A DNA stretch of 62,079 bases, filler included, from 7 parts of 7 records of this genome joined end to end with filler, not necessarily neighbours in it, one strand, 5' to 3'; numbered from the whole stretch's first letter, positions 13,789 through 27,427 are shown. Translations and numbers: made by a program. Notes: generated from the letters alone by a model not told the origin.

Positions 13789-13938
13789 TGTTGTTGTTGT
13801 TGTTGTTTATTGATTCTCGTTGTCTAGTTGTTGTGCTTTTTGCTGTTTGTGAAAACTCAAGACAGACAGGAAGGCAGGCAGGCAAGGCACGAACTCTCAT
13901 TCCACTCCCAAGCACAAAAAAAAAAAAAAAAAAAAAAA

Positions 13939-14038
13939 NNNNNNNNNNNNNNNNNNNNNNNNNNNNNNNNNNNNNNNNNNNNTTAATTAATTAANNNNNN
14001 NNNNNNNNNNNNNNNNNNNNNNNNNNNNNNNNNNNNNN
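13939..14038. other. Artificial contig linker
   Basis: 44 N + TTAATTAATTAA (stops in all six frames) + 44 N. Confidence 0.98.
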
Positions 14039-14270
14039 ACTAAGCACACACACACTAAGCACACACACTCAGCGCGCACACTCAGCGCACACAATAAACA
14101 CACACACAGACCAACACAGCACCACACACAGACCAACACACACAGAGCACACACAGCAAAGCGCACACGCAGCAGGCATAAAGAGGCAGGAAGTAGGCAA
14201 CAGGCAACGCCACAAAGTACACATGGAGCACAGGCAAAGCAGGCAAAGAACGCGCATAAGCACACACACA
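14039..14270. repeat. Degenerate CA-rich low-complexity tract at contig end
   Basis: Runs of cacacac with duplicated units such as taagcacacacac and cacacacagaccaacac. Confidence 0.8.
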
Positions 14271-14617
14271 CTGTTGTTTGTTCGCTTTTTTTCTTGCGCT
14301 TTCTCGCGCCCCTTGTTGGTTGAATATCAACTGGTGTTTTTTGTAGCTGGTGCTATCCTCCGTTGGCTGACACGTTTTTTTGTTTTTTGTGTTTGTTTTG
14401 TCCTGCTGTCCTGGTGTTCTCTTGTTGTCCTCGCTGGTGCTGCTGGTGCTTGCTCCTCGCTGTTGGTGGCAGCTGCTGTTGTGCCTGCCGAACTCAGCTG
14501 GACCGGTAGCTGCTGCGGACCCAGCTGTTGAGGCCTTCGTAGTCGGCCGTTAGGGTGAGCAGGGCCTGCACAGGCGGCTTGAGGGCGCGCGCGTGTGCGT
14601 CAGTGTGTGAGCTGACC

Positions 14618-17600
14618 ATGTGCAATGCAGTTTTAAGGGCTCGGACTGCGCCGTTTCTTCAATGGTGCCAAGTTGTATCGGTTGCGTTGATCTGTATCGG
14701 GCTTCTGTTGTTCCTGGTGGCCTTTTTGTCCATCTATAACTTGCCCCTGTACGCTGCAACAGCAGACCATGCGTATGATTGCTCTGGTACGTCCAAACTG
14801 CAACTTCAGCGGCTGCTGAATTTGAATTGAACCCGTGGAGCCGTTTGAAGGGCGGCTTTTGAATTTGCACGAAAATTCAACCTTGCCTGTGATATGATGC
14901 AGATGTTCCACTTCGTATGGCCGCGACGTGTGGGTACGACTGTTACGATTCTGCTCCGACAACGGTCTGCCAAAACAACATCGAATATCCGGAATTTGAT
15001 GCCGCAGCGTTCTTGTTCCCCGCCTCCGTGACTAAGGAAGACATTTTCCCCCCTCAGACCTATCCGACGGACTATTACTACTACTACTACTCATACTATT
15101 ACGGCAGGCGTATTAGTTACTACGGATTCTACTATTCCGCGGCGTATTCATCCAGTCTTTCGCAACTCACATCGGATTTCTTTCTCAGCGGCACCTCCAC
15201 GCCGCGACTGTACAGGTTTGGATTGGTACTGGGCAAAAAGTTCTCGGTTGCCTGTGGTTGCGCGAGCCTTTTTTTGTGCAATTGGGGCGTTTGACATTGC
15301 ATTTCAACTTCCGTCCCTTGCTTTTTGTTCGGATGCCATGTGCAGGAGCGGTGCTTGCGGAACCGACAACCCTCGCTCAATATTTCTGCCAACCTCGCTT
15401 CTGTCCACGTTCCAACTCTTCTGGAGCGGCGTGCGTGGACTTGACCCTCGAGTGTGCGTGTCATGATTGGACATGCCGAGTGTGTTCCCCCCTGCCACTG
15501 GTGTTTCCCGAACCGATGATCCGTTTTGGAAAACTCACTGTGCTCACGCTGAATCACATAGATGCCCGTATTGCAAGGATTCAAGACTTGGTTTTGGGTC
15601 GCAATGTACTGGATGTGTACAACAGTTCTGCAACAGCGATATTCCATGGCTGAACAACAACACAGCAATCGCGGCCTTGGGAGAACAATTAGAGTCTGCT
15701 GGTGTGACAGACCCAAACACGTTGGCACTCGCTCGTGATCATCCTGTTTGCAGCATTATTCCTGGCACTGGGTACATGCCATGTGGTCAAGGCCTTGGCT
15801 GCGATTACCACTGTAGCCCTGGCATGCATTGCACCGATGATCAGGCAAGTGTTTTCTTTGCTCTTGTTTCCCTCCGGTTTTGTCAATACGCTGGCTAGTC
15901 AATGACGGCTCGTTTGGTCGCTTGCACCTAGGCATGCGGCAAAGGGGCGACGTGCCAAGCGCTTTATTCGTGGGGAAATTTCGACGACGCTTTGAACGGC
16001 TCTGGTAAGTCAAGCGCAGAGCTGTTGCTCATTGTTTCACTGAACCAGTGCCTATTTTTGCCTAAAACATAGTTGAGTTGTTAAAATTTCCTTCGGTTTT
16101 GCTGGCATGGTCTCCTCCTTCTGCCCCTGGCCCATAGTTGTTTTTGATGCCGACCATTCTGGTGTAATCGGTTGGGCCGGTCAGATGACAGGCTATCAAT
16201 ACTATGGAAAAGTCGTGGATGAAGACCATCTGCAAATTTTTAGGAGGCGGCAATTACTGGAGCACAACAACGTGAGCGACAAACAGCATAAAACAAAGCT
16301 TGAGTTTCAACAGCGGCTCGATCGTGCGCAAGTTGACTCAAGCGATTTTGCTGCCGATGATGTTGGCGGGGCTCCGCGAAGGCAGCTTGCTGTTTGCGGC
16401 AACACATGCTCGTACGCTTTTGATGGTGACTGCGATGATGGTGGCCCAAACTCGGACTTTTCAGTCTGCAACTACGGGTCTGACTGCGGCGACTGCGGTG
16501 TACGGGATCAAGATGACGGTGGCTACGACACTGCATACTATCCAACTGTTGAAGCGTGCCCTGCCGAGGAGCCAGGATGCATCTGCACGAACGAATGCGA
16601 GCATTCCAGGAACTTCAACTGTGAAGATGGCGGTGAAGGCTCGTCAGAGTTCATTTGCGATCTTGGCTCCGACTGCCGTGACTGCGGACCGCGGTAAGCA
16701 TTTTGTGCTTCGGTGGTTGTATCGAGGTGGAGTATCCAGTTTGAGCGATTCAATTAGAGAAATCCCATGCCCGTTACAACCGTCGCTGTGCTGTCGCTTG
16801 CTTGCACGCAGATATCCCAAATGCGGAGAATTCTGTGATACTATCGATAAAAGTCCAGGTGACTTTGCAGTGTTCTCGGGCCTTGGCTGCTCGACCAATG
16901 GAAACGGAATTTGCGAAGATGGTGGCCCTGGCGCGACGGCGGCAACCTGCGAGTTTGGTCAAGATGCTGACGACTGTGGACCTCGCGCCCTTGATGGCTT
17001 TGGTTTTTGTGGACACAGATGCCGTGATTCCACACTGTTTAAAGTGTTGTGCATCGGCATCGTGCTGTCGCTTATCACTATGGCGCTTCTTGCGACTGGC
17101 AAGCGCTGGATTAGGCAGTACGACGACGGGCGCAAGAAGACGTTCACAATATGCCTCGTCAACTTTAGTCTTTTGTTTTACACCGTGTGCGTGTGGTCTT
17201 TCATGGGCGCGTGTGCCTCGGACGATATCGGAATGAATGAAGGCTCCATTGGAACGATGTCCAGCAGTATCGTTGCGTTTGGTGTTGCAATGGGGTTTCT
17301 TGGACTGGGCATTCCGTGTGCCTTGTTTTCTTGTGCACCACGCAATTTTGTTCTCACGTACGCGCATGATAAGATTGCTTATCATACTCTCACTTTTTTG
17401 ACCACATTCTTTGCTTTCCCCTCGTTCCCAGATCAGTTGCGTTTGGCCTCACATTGACCGTTTGTTGCGCCTTGACCATTGCTGACCTCGGCAGGTACAC
17501 GTATATCATTGGCGGTATATTTCTTGGCGCTTTTACTCTTGTTGGGCTCTTTGCGGGAATAGAACGGAGAGAGTTTCAAGGTGATTTCACAAGCCCAATC

Positions 17601-20600
17601 GAAATGAATCAGCGTAAAGCTTTCAATATCGCCCAACTATACCTTGGCAAAAGTCAAATGGAGAGCGATTATTGGCTATTCTCGTTGGCCGTCACAACTG
17701 CCCTACTGATGGCAAGCCTGATTTTGAACGTAACATTTGCGTTTGCGAACAATGGCCGCTGCAATTGCCGCAATGGCTGCATGTACGTACCCATTCTTAT
17801 CGCCAAAGCTGTTCTTGCTCAGGCACATGTGGGCCATGGAGTGGCGATGCATTTATTTTTTGCTGTGACGTTTTGTATGGGCAATCAGCTACATGGAATA
17901 TGTACCAGCCAGGTTGCTCGTTTTCTGGGCCGTCCACATCGTGTTCCTCTACGACGACCGTTCGCAGCTTGGCAACTGGGTGCTTTGCCTTCTGGTCATG
18001 CTATGTTTTACAATACTTCAACCTGCATTCTTCGCGTTGTTGGGATTCTGCACCGCGGTAAAGGAGCAGTCCAATCGATTCGTCGAGCATCCACATCCTG
18101 GCCCTGAGCCTACCTTGATTGCGCTCAGCATTGGCGACGTGGTTGAACAAGTTCGTGAAGCAGGTCCCTTCACCTGTTGTTCCGAACGCCCATGCACGTC
18201 TGTTGGCAACATGCATGGTTTTGCGTTGGCCGACGTGTGAACGTGTGTCGTGTGCTCTTAGGTGGCCAACCAACAAGGGAATGGATCTGTACTATTACGG
18301 ACGATTCAGGAAGCCCCCAAAGTAGTTTTGACGGCTGCAATTGGACGCGATCGAATTTGGGGCACGCAGCAATGCGATGAGGTGCGGAATGTATTGTGTT
18401 TCACAACGCCGTGCTGTCTTGCGCTTGGCGGATTTGCAGTGCACCACACGTAGTAATGCTTGAAGCATTTGCAATGAGGCTTCCACTTGGTATGATGATC
18501 AAGGTCCGCGACTTGAAGAATGTAATGCCCGGAGCCTTTGGCGATGACGGTACCCCATGGCCTGGCGGCATGGCATTTTATCGCCCAAGGTGCGCTCCTG
18601 GCTACCTCCCACTTGGTGATGTGTTTGCTCTCGACACGTTGCTTCCGGATGCAGCAGTGGATTCGTCAGCTGTGGACGTTTCCGACGCGTCACTGGAACT
18701 GAAAGAAGACTTGGACCACTTTCGGGCTGCGGCTCGAATGGTCGGAGCAGAGGCGGTGGCAAAGTCAACAGGGAATGTCGCGGACGTGGCCCGCGCTGCC
18801 AAGCTGAAAAAAGTGGTTCGTAGCCAAATGGAAACTTCAGCCATTGAGCTGCAGAACATGCAAAGCGCGACGCAGGCCTATCAGCAACAACGCAGCAGTG
18901 CTGCGCGATTGGCCGAAAGAATGGCTGGGGAACAATATATCGGAACGGCACTTGCACTGCCTTTCTGTGTCGTGCCCGCCAAACGCTTTACCCTAGTGTG
19001 GCGCAACCACCCGTCGTGGAACCGCCACGACCTGCAAGACCTGAGTATCTGGATTCCTGAGGATGAAATAGGCGAGAATGGCGAACGGTGGGACTCGATG
19101 AACGTGTTTTTGTGATGTCGGATGTTCTCTGTTATGTTTGCGGTAACAAGTGAATCCCGATTTGTGTTTGTGGCTTTCCAGTTACCGCCCGCTTGGGTGC
19201 GTGGCAGTCATTGGTGTAGGCGATCCTGAGCCAGGATGCATTGGCCTGGTTGCTGAATCCTTGCTCAGACTGAGACCTGATTCCCAATGGGCCACCCCTG
19301 GAGCGACGTTCCGTGACCCTGCCACCACGTTGCGAATGGTATGGAATGCCCGAGCGACGCTCTTTAACACAGAAGCTCTTGGTTCAGTTTTGTGGGCACG
19401 CAATGTGTTGATGGAAGCCGACGATATTGAGAGCCGATGGCGTCGAGGCCTACGGGCCTTGGACGAAGATTGTGAGACTCCCTCTGAAATGTAAGTCCTG
19501 GACTTTTACCCCAGTCGGCTATATGTGCCGGCGGCAATCGTTGATGTTGCGCTCTCTGGGGTTGTAGGTATAACAAGTTGGACGAACTTGTGAAACTACC
19601 AGCTCTGGTACAGCCAACAAAGTCCGCCTCCGAACTCAAAGGTGGCAGCCGCGACGTTCTGAATCAACTTCGTGTCGAGGTACTTGCGGTTGGGCGACGT
19701 TGCCGGCAACGGTGTGGTCGACTTTGGTCTTCGGCTTTCAAAGCCAAATTTCGAGAAATATTGTTAAAGTTTGATCAAGAGCAGCTTGATGATGGATCTT
19801 CCGAGAAGCCCTTTCTCTTGCATCTCAAGGATGTGCAGACGGGCGAATCCATGCCTGTGCAGGTATGTTCTGATTGGTCGTTTGAGAGGGTACAGCACCT
19901 TCTTCGTGACGTTCGAAAAGAGCCTCCGAGTACTCTTGGCCAAAAAAAGGCTATTAGCTTCATATATGCAGGAGTGCGTATGGAGCCGTCAGCCCGGCTT
20001 CTTCAAAGCAACGTCCTCGCAGGCAGCACGCTGTACGTGTCATGTTTGGTGATTTTCATGCTTGTTTGTGAATGATGACGGGCTCATTGGTGGTGCGAAA
20101 CCACTCACGCCGCAGGTACTACCTGTTGACTCCGAAGTCCGATGTTGTACATCTTCCTCAGCCGCACGTTGATCACGATGCTGGAACTGATGCTGCAAAT
20201 GAACTTGAAGCAAGGGCAACTGCAGCAGCTGCACAGCTGCGTTGTCGGAACAACGACACTCACATGCTTCGAGGTGTGCAAGTGAAAGGAAGTAGGGCAG
20301 CCAGGCGCTGTAGTGAGTGTCTCCACCCACAGAAGCAGAGCAGTCTTTGCTACCAGTGTGCTGACAACTGCGCATTTCGGCTGTGCCCGACGTGTGTACT
20401 TCGTCTGGAGCAACAGCAAGCAGGAAGCGAAGCACCCTGCACGACAATTTGGGCGGTGACTGTTGATGGCCGGGATGCGCACCATCGTCACACTCTTGCG
20501 CTCCCGCTTGCAGTAGCTGCCGCATCATCAGAATCCCATCCTCGAGCATACGACATCAAAGATGGTAGTTTGGCAAGCCCAGATCTCTTCCAAGACACAC

Positions 20601-21289
20601 TTTCTCATGCTTTACTGGAGCGATCGCGTGCAGAGTGGGCACAACAGTTGGAGCAACATACGCGATCCATCAGCCTGAGTGATGAAGGGCCTGGTTGTTG
20701 GTCACGCGGGAATCCCGTGAAGAGAGTAATCTACTTCAGGGTATTTTGGCTCTGGGCTGTACTGTACGTGCTCGGTGGTTTGCCCACCCATGTCTGTTCG
20801 CCAACTCAAGCTTCTGATCAGCTTTGGCTGGAACCTTTCCATGATCGTTGCGCTTTGTCTGAATGGTGCGATTGTAGGTATTTGGTCTACTGTTTGCCGC
20901 TCCCAGCTCTGGTCGGAAGCTACGACGTGCGCGTCGCGACACTTTTTGGCGAGCAAACACCGTGTCAGCTTGACGAGGATTTTAATGTTGTATGGGGCGC
21001 ATGCGAGTGCAGCGATGGAATATCTGGCTACCGTCGTGCTACTGTGGATCTGACCGACATTGGGACGGAGCTGTACGTTGCAGACACCAACTACCCTGCG
21101 CCTGCTTTGTTCCGAACGTGATCGAGTGCTTGAGCTGTGTTTGTCAAATGATCGGTTTGCAGGTACCGTGGAGAGTGTACAGTGAAGATCAACGGTACTG
21201 TATACGCGGCATCACTGGGTGGTGCCCGTGTTGCAGAATGGAGGGACGACCACTGGGTTTCAGCTGTTTTTGAACCATGCACATGCTAG
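14618..21289 (+). CDS. Large multipass membrane protein: extracellular Cys-rich region with three C(D/E)DGG repeats, several TM helices, then Vps62-like, ubiquitin-like and Cys/His Zn-finger-like modules
   Basis: A manual ~16-exon model links the ORFs (introns include 14787-14902, 15845-15931 GC-AG, 17358-17494, 17783-17888, 18382-18503, 20033-20115, 21073-21162; stop TAG 21287-21289). Repeats: CDDGGPNSDFSVCNYGSDCGDCG, CEDGGEGSSEFICDLGSDCRDCG, CEDGGPGATAATCEFGQDADDCG. Vps62-like: FYRPRCAPGYLPLGDV, LVWRN, LSIWIP, YRPLGCVA. Ubl-like: FIYAGVRME...SNVLAGSTL. Zn-finger-like: CSEC...YQCADNCAFRLCPTC. Confidence 0.6.
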
Positions 21290-21512
21290 TTGCGCAACGC
21301 ACTCGCGACACCATACATCCCGAACCGATGAGAGCCAGAACAAAAAACGTGTTTCTTGAAGCATTTCGCTTCCGCGCTTTTTAATTTAGTGGGCAAAATA
21401 GTCCTGAAAAACATTTTGTGCGCTTCACAAGAGAGCGCACCAGCCGCGTGGGGAGCTTGTTTTGTTTCTAAGCGTTAGAGAACTTTCAGCACGAGCTTCG
21501 CGCGTCGAAACT

Positions 21513-24402
21513 TCAGATTTTGTCGCCACGCAAATAGGGATCAAGCATGGCTTTGATGCTGCCCACAATATCCGCGGTTGTTGGAATGTGATTAATTTGT
21601 TGGCTTCAGCCGACAGGACAAGCAACGAAGCCACGGAACACAAGCATGCAGGCCATCAACAAACACTGACACATCACATGCGAGGCGCGAATGGTTGAAT
21701 GCACTAAAACAGCGGCATACGTACGTTCCGGGGTCGCCACCGCGCTTTTGCACCTGTGCAAGCGTTTCGGAAGCCACCATGGCATTGATTCCAGAACCAT
21801 TCAGGTAAATGGTGTTGTTGTACACCTGAGTCGTATCCCATTCCACGCCAGAAGGACGCTTTCCCCAGTCATCGCGATAGGCAAAATTATTTGTCTCCAG
21901 GTGAATCATTGTGTCGTTGTGCCACAAATTTGGGGCATAGGTCGGATCCCCAGATCCACCATGAGTCGTACACCCTGCATCAAACTTTCCTCCCGTGTCG
22001 ACGAATGCTTTCAAGTTGTTCCATGACTCAATGCCCCCGCATTTGAACTTTTGCGACCAACCGTAGAGCATTGTATTGTCATGAATACGCCAAAACAAAG
22101 ATCCATCGTCGTTATCCACTTCCTTACTTCCGCCGTAATTGGCGACAATGAAATTGTGGTACACCTCACGCCACTCCATCAGTGTTGATGCAGTTCCGTT
22201 GCGCACCGTCGTGAGAAACGGTTGGCGATCCCAGCTGTTGATTGGGCCGTGATCAGAGGATTCCCGGCATGTGTTGAACAGGATATTCTTGTGGATAACA
22301 TCCCCGCCACCAAAACCATCGTTGAAATTGAAGCCAGCACGCCCAAGGTTGAACACCACATTGCCACTTACTTCTGTCTGGGCTGTCTTGGCCTGAAAAA
22401 AAGCGCTGCTTTGCTTTTCCCAAACTCCGATCTCGTGAAAAAGATTCCCCCGCACTTGCGTGTAGCGCGGAAAGTCTCCGCCTGTGCCATCAATTCCGTG
22501 GATGCCACCATCCGAGATTTCGTCCGTGTACCCCCACGCGGCAATGGCGGACCCACCCATCCAGGCAAATTCAGAGTTGGATACTGTCGCGTTCTGATTA
22601 TAAGCAGAGAGCATCACGCCGTTTCCGCTCGCACGCCACACTTTGCAAGCATCAATCGTCAGGCCTTCCGTATTTTGAAAAAAAAGCGCACCAAATCGCT
22701 CCAGTGCCCAATCACCTCCCGAGGGCACACCGTGCGGCTGCATGTAGGTCGGTGCGACGTCGCGAAAGCCAATACCCCGGATCGTGAGCCCACGAATGGG
22801 CTTTGCCATACTTGAGCCTTGCGCCTGGATAAGGGTATGCTGCTGAAGCCCCTCATATAGATCATCAGCAGGCGGGCCAGTTGTGTTTGACATGACGTAA
22901 AGTAGGTCGTTGGCCCGGTCGAAATAAAACTCACGCGGATCATCCAATTCCTCGAGAACGTTGGCGATGAACCAATCGCTCCCCGGTCCACCACGGGCAC
23001 CTTGAAATCCACCCCTCCCGAACTCGATTGTGTGCGTCGACAGGTCGATGCCGGCAACGTCAAACATCCAATTCGCCCAGTGCGCCTTGCGCCACGCAAA
23101 AAATTGTGCATCCTCTACGTTGGTATAATTTGGTGCGCGAGGCAATGCTGATGGAGTATACTGCATGCCGGACGGAATATTCCAGGTGAAGCACCCACCA
23201 CAGCCTTCAGAAAATGTGCTCTGGCACCAAAACGAAAAAGGAGGGTCGTAGATGCTGCATGTTCCGTTAATGCCCCCACCGTAACGACTAAAGTAATCAT
23301 CCCACGGTCGGCCTTCCACGTCAACAAGAGTTGCCGGATTCGGGCTTGGCTTGATGGTAGGCTCTTTCCAGTCGCCTTTGGGTTCGAAGTCTTCGCGAGA
23401 GGTCAGATACCCAACTGGCCAAAACTCCGTTTCGGGATTCGCATTCGGAAATCTTGCTGCTCCACGACGCTCGCCGGCCACGCGAAGCTCCGTGACAATT
23501 GCGTCTTTGCTCAGTGCATTGTTTGTGGACGCTTTGTAGATTCCGTTCATTGCAGGAAACTTTCGGGCGGCAGAGTGACCTGTCTGCTCGACCGGGTTCC
23601 ATACTCCGTCCGTTCGCTGGCAGCAATAACTTCCCCACGGTTTGCCGAGCGAGGAGTCATGATAGGTGTACGACGTACAGTTCGAAGCAGCTTCACAGCG
23701 ACCAGCGCAGGAAGCGGCATCAGGTTCGATATCGCATCCACAGTTTGGCGAACCCATGGGAGCCGGCGCGTGGTTTTTTCCGCAGCCATTGGCGTTGTTC
23801 AAATTCGGGTGCACATCCTCCATGGATGCATTCCGGCCCGGCAAAACCACCTCCCACTGAAGATTCGAGATGGGGGCGGCGCCTGACAGCCACACCTCCT
23901 CCCCAACATAGTTCTGAATCGTGAGCCCAGAGTCATCCTCTGTCAAGGACACAGCACCTCCCAGGTAGTACGTTCCAGCCCGCAGCTCCACAGTTTTGGC
24001 AGCGGTGCCGCGGGCTTTGGCAACGCCGGCAGCGACCGTTTTCAGAGGCTGGGCTACAGTGCCGGGGTTCGAATCGTCTCCATGCTGCCCATCAACAACG
24101 ACAGCACCCGCCACGTGGGTTGTCTTCGGTGGGAACACCTGCGGCAGGCTCGCTTCATTCGGGCGTGGTATCGCCGACTGCCCTGTGCAGTACGCGTCCA
24201 GCTGCAGCGCGTCGTAGACCATCGCTCCAGAGTCAGGGCGCAGCTGCGTGGAGTAGTTAAAGGCAACTTTACGCCACTCACACAGGAAGTCGGCCGGCAC
24301 TCCGTCCGGGTCCGGCCCATATCCATCCGTGAGCTCAACCGCGAGCGTAGCCGAAGATACGGTCGCTGAGAGCAGGAGAATGCCAACTGGGAGGACCTTC
24401 AT
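21513..24402 (-). CDS. Secreted right-handed parallel beta-helix (pectin-lyase-fold) protein with an inserted PAN/apple-like module, ~922 aa; probable carbohydrate-active protein
   Basis: Signal peptide MKVLPVGILLLSATVSSA. DUF1565-like start GDDSNPGTVAQPLKTV...LRAGTYYL. PAN-like CAGRCEAASNCTSYTY. ARFPN motif and beta-helix rungs (VRGNLFHEIGVWEKQSSA, NLGRAGFNFNDGFGGG). One intron at 21724-21604 gives the C-terminus ...IKAMLDPYLRGDKI*. Confidence 0.8.
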
Positions 24403-24606
24403 GGGGCCGCTCGCGACCTACCGTCAGACTTCCGCAGTCTTCGGCGAAGGCGTAGCTCTCGCAGCGAACGGAGTTGGAAGCACGACGCACGCAAAACTTG
24501 GACGAAGAGGTCTTTTGTGTTTTTTTTTTTTTCTTCTTTTTCTACTTCGTTCTCCGTTGCCCTTTCTTGACACTTCGCTAGACTACAAGAAAGAAAGGGG
24601 TACACT

Positions 24607-24672
24607 GTGAGTGCGTGAGTGATGACTCTTCGTAAGACTTCGGAGTGCGTGCGTGCGTGCGTGAGTGCGTGC
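24607..24672. repeat. (GAGT/GCGT)n low-complexity tract at contig end
   Basis: gtgagtgcgtgagt...gcgtgcgtgcgtgcgtgagtgcgtgc. Confidence 0.8.
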
Positions 24673-24772
24673 NNNNNNNNNNNNNNNNNNNNNNNNNNNN
24701 NNNNNNNNNNNNNNNNTTAATTAATTAANNNNNNNNNNNNNNNNNNNNNNNNNNNNNNNNNNNNNNNNNNNN
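24673..24772. other. Artificial contig linker
   Basis: 44 N + TTAATTAATTAA + 44 N. Confidence 0.98.
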
Positions 24773-24840
24773 GGGGGGCACGCACTTTTTTCTTGCATTT
24801 TTTATTTTTGTTTTTTATTTTATTTTTTTTGCAGCCAGAT

Positions 24841-27427
24841 ATGCGGCGCGTGTTGCCCCCTCGTGCTGTGGCAAACGCCTCACGACATTGCCAGATTAGC
24901 AGGGTGCCACACCGGTGCTCAACGACTGCAACGTGGTTTCAGCGTCACAAGGATGCGTTAGTTCATCAAGGATACAACTGCAGAAGACGACCGTTCACAA
25001 CAACCCCAACAGCGAGTCTGGAAGGAGTGCAAGTGCTGTCACTTGAGCAGGCAGTTGCAGCGCCTCTCTGCACAGCCAGGCTCGCTGCGGCCGGTGCCCG
25101 AGTTATCAAAGTGGAGCGGCCTAAAGTCGGGGATTTCGGGCGAGGCTACGACGGCTATTTGGCCAGTGGCGAACTTTCGTCGTACTTCGGGTGGCTGAAC
25201 AGAGGCAAGCAGTCTCTCGAGGCGGACGCGAAGGACCCGCGCGACAAGGAACTGCTGCTCAACATTGTGGCGAAATCGGATGTATTTGTGCAGGTATGGG
25301 GCGCGTTGCTCATTTGTGTGTCTGTGAGCGTGGCAACACACGCTGGTTTCATGGAGTAAATACCGATGGTTGCCATGTCATGTGCCGGTTGATTGGTGAA
25401 GAACCTGGCTCCCGGTGCTGCGTCTCGCTTGGGGCTCTCGTCGGCCGAGCTGAGGAAAGAATTTCCGTCATTGATTACCGTGGATATATCTGGGTACGGC
25501 GAAACAGGGCCACGGAGAAACTACAAGGCGTACGATTTGCTGGTCTGTACTGTCGAATGTCTTGCTTTCCCACACAACAATCCCAGCAGAGGATCGGGCT
25601 TTATTAATACATTTGAGACTCGTGTTTGATTTGAATAGGTACAAGCTGAATCGGCGATTTGTTCAGTGACTGGCACCAAAGAAGGGGGTGAGGGACGGGT
25701 TGGGTATGTCAATTTTCCTTCGACAACGCTGTACATTGCGCGGCACACGTGTGTGGTGAACGCACTTTACTTTGGTCTAAACTGTGCGTGTGTTGGCTGC
25801 GAAGATGCTCCATCTGCGATCTGACGACGGGACTTAATGCTTTTGGCGCTGTGATGACAGCCTTATACCACAGAGTATGTGACCAAGGTTCTGCTTGTTT
25901 TGTCACGGGTAGGCTCTTAGCTCTCATTACTTATTGTTGTATTTTAAAATGTGGCGTCTACAACCTGCCTCGTGTTGCCCAGGAACGCACGGGAGAGGGA
26001 GCATCGATTAAGCTCTCATTATTTGGAACAGCAGCTGAGCTGATGACGCAGTCGTGCGTACTGTTAGATAACTCGCATGTCCTACATCTCTCGCCTTCGT
26101 TCTTGATGAAATTGTATCTCAAGCTATTTGTGATGTGTTGGTGCCGGTGGGTTAGTTATCTGATGGAGCGGTCAACCGGAAAAGAACCGGGTCTCGTTGG
26201 CTTGGTGAGTTTTTACAGTTCACCTTAATAATGCGTTTTGTGGACTGCTTCCACCAGACCAATTTCAAAACGTGGTTGGTTGACGTGTCATGTGCAAGGT
26301 CCATCCTTCAATTGCCCCATATGGAGTTTTCTCCACTGCAGACAACAAGAGAATTTTAATCTCGATTCAGAACGAAAGAGAGTTCGTGGCTCTGCATGAT
26401 GCACTGCCTGCGTCACACGTGTTTGGTCAACGGTGGGAAGTTATGCGCATGACAGAATTGTGCTCCGCATTATTGTTGGGCGTGTCTAAACGTGTTTTGT
26501 GGCTAGATGGGAATCTCTCTGTGCAAACGTTTTGGTACGTACTGATGCAACTAGTGTTATCTCGCGCGACAATGCACGCCTTGCCGCAAATACTTGAGCT
26601 CTGATTACCAATGCTCAATAGTTGCGGCCCGATTTGCTTTGTGATCCTCGATTTGCGAGCAACTCTCAACGCGTTGAGCATCGGTTCGTATTGAGGCATC
26701 TGCTTTAACCCGTGCCTCTCTCATCCAAGCACGCTGCTCAAGCAACAAACAATTTTTGCCGTGTGGGTTGTGCATGCAGTGAATTGGTGGATGGCGCTGT
26801 GGCTGAAAGCTTCAGCAAGTTTTTTCGCGAGGATTTGAGCAATCGCCTTTTGGAGGCTGGGATTGCGTTTGGAGCCCTGAATGGGGTATGCGTGTCCGAT
26901 CAGCCTTCAAAAACATCCGTGGATCAAGTTGACTATCGGCCATTATGTCTTGATTACTTATTTGTTGGCCACTTTTTTTTTCAGGTCCGCGATCTTGCTA
27001 CACACCCTCAACTAATAACGACGACCGGAATCTATGAAAAACAGGATGGTATGTTGTTGGCCTCGCGTTGGTTGTAGCTATCTCTGGACTCGCTGGCCTG
27101 CTTTCGTTTGAGATTTCCCGCGGAATGTTTTTGGCCAGGCACCCAGGCTGTGTTTGATCTGCCAAGCAATGCTGCCGCCTTTTTCGATTGCGACCACAAT
27201 GAGGTACATCTGCATTCATGCCAGTGCAAGCATTTTTCAGTCGTTGGCGAGCAATTCGTTTATGTGGTTCATGCCACACCTCGTTCACAAAACGTGCGAT
27301 CGTATGTGACCATGCTGTTCAGCACACGCAAGCAGCCGAACAGCGGGTTGTCCCTCGCCTGGGTTCACACAATAGCGTTATTCGGGCCGAATTTGGGGAG
27401 CCGCGAGGGCACGTGCACGGACCCTGA
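24841..27427 (+). CDS. CoA-transferase family III (CaiB/BaiF), probably mitochondrial
   Basis: Motifs LEGVQVLSLEQAVAAPLCTARLAAAGARVIKVERP..GDFGRGYD, WLNRGKQS, DVFVQNLAPGA, ISGYGETGP...KAYDLLVQAES, SICDL, HPSIAPYGVF, VPRLGSHN. The N-terminus is Arg-rich and acid-free, like a presequence. About 13 short exons inferred by hand. Confidence 0.88.

Noticed and set aside
13987-14531. Cys/Val-rich short ORFs at contig ends (also 8-341, 33451-33725, 61567-62041)
   Set aside because: They are translations of (GT/CA)n low-complexity DNA, several running into Ns.
15464-15466. In-frame TGA between two same-frame ORFs (possible selenocysteine or read-through)
   Set aside because: It lies within a plausible GT-AG intron (gtgcgt donor just upstream, acceptor at 15560-15561) that restores the frame.
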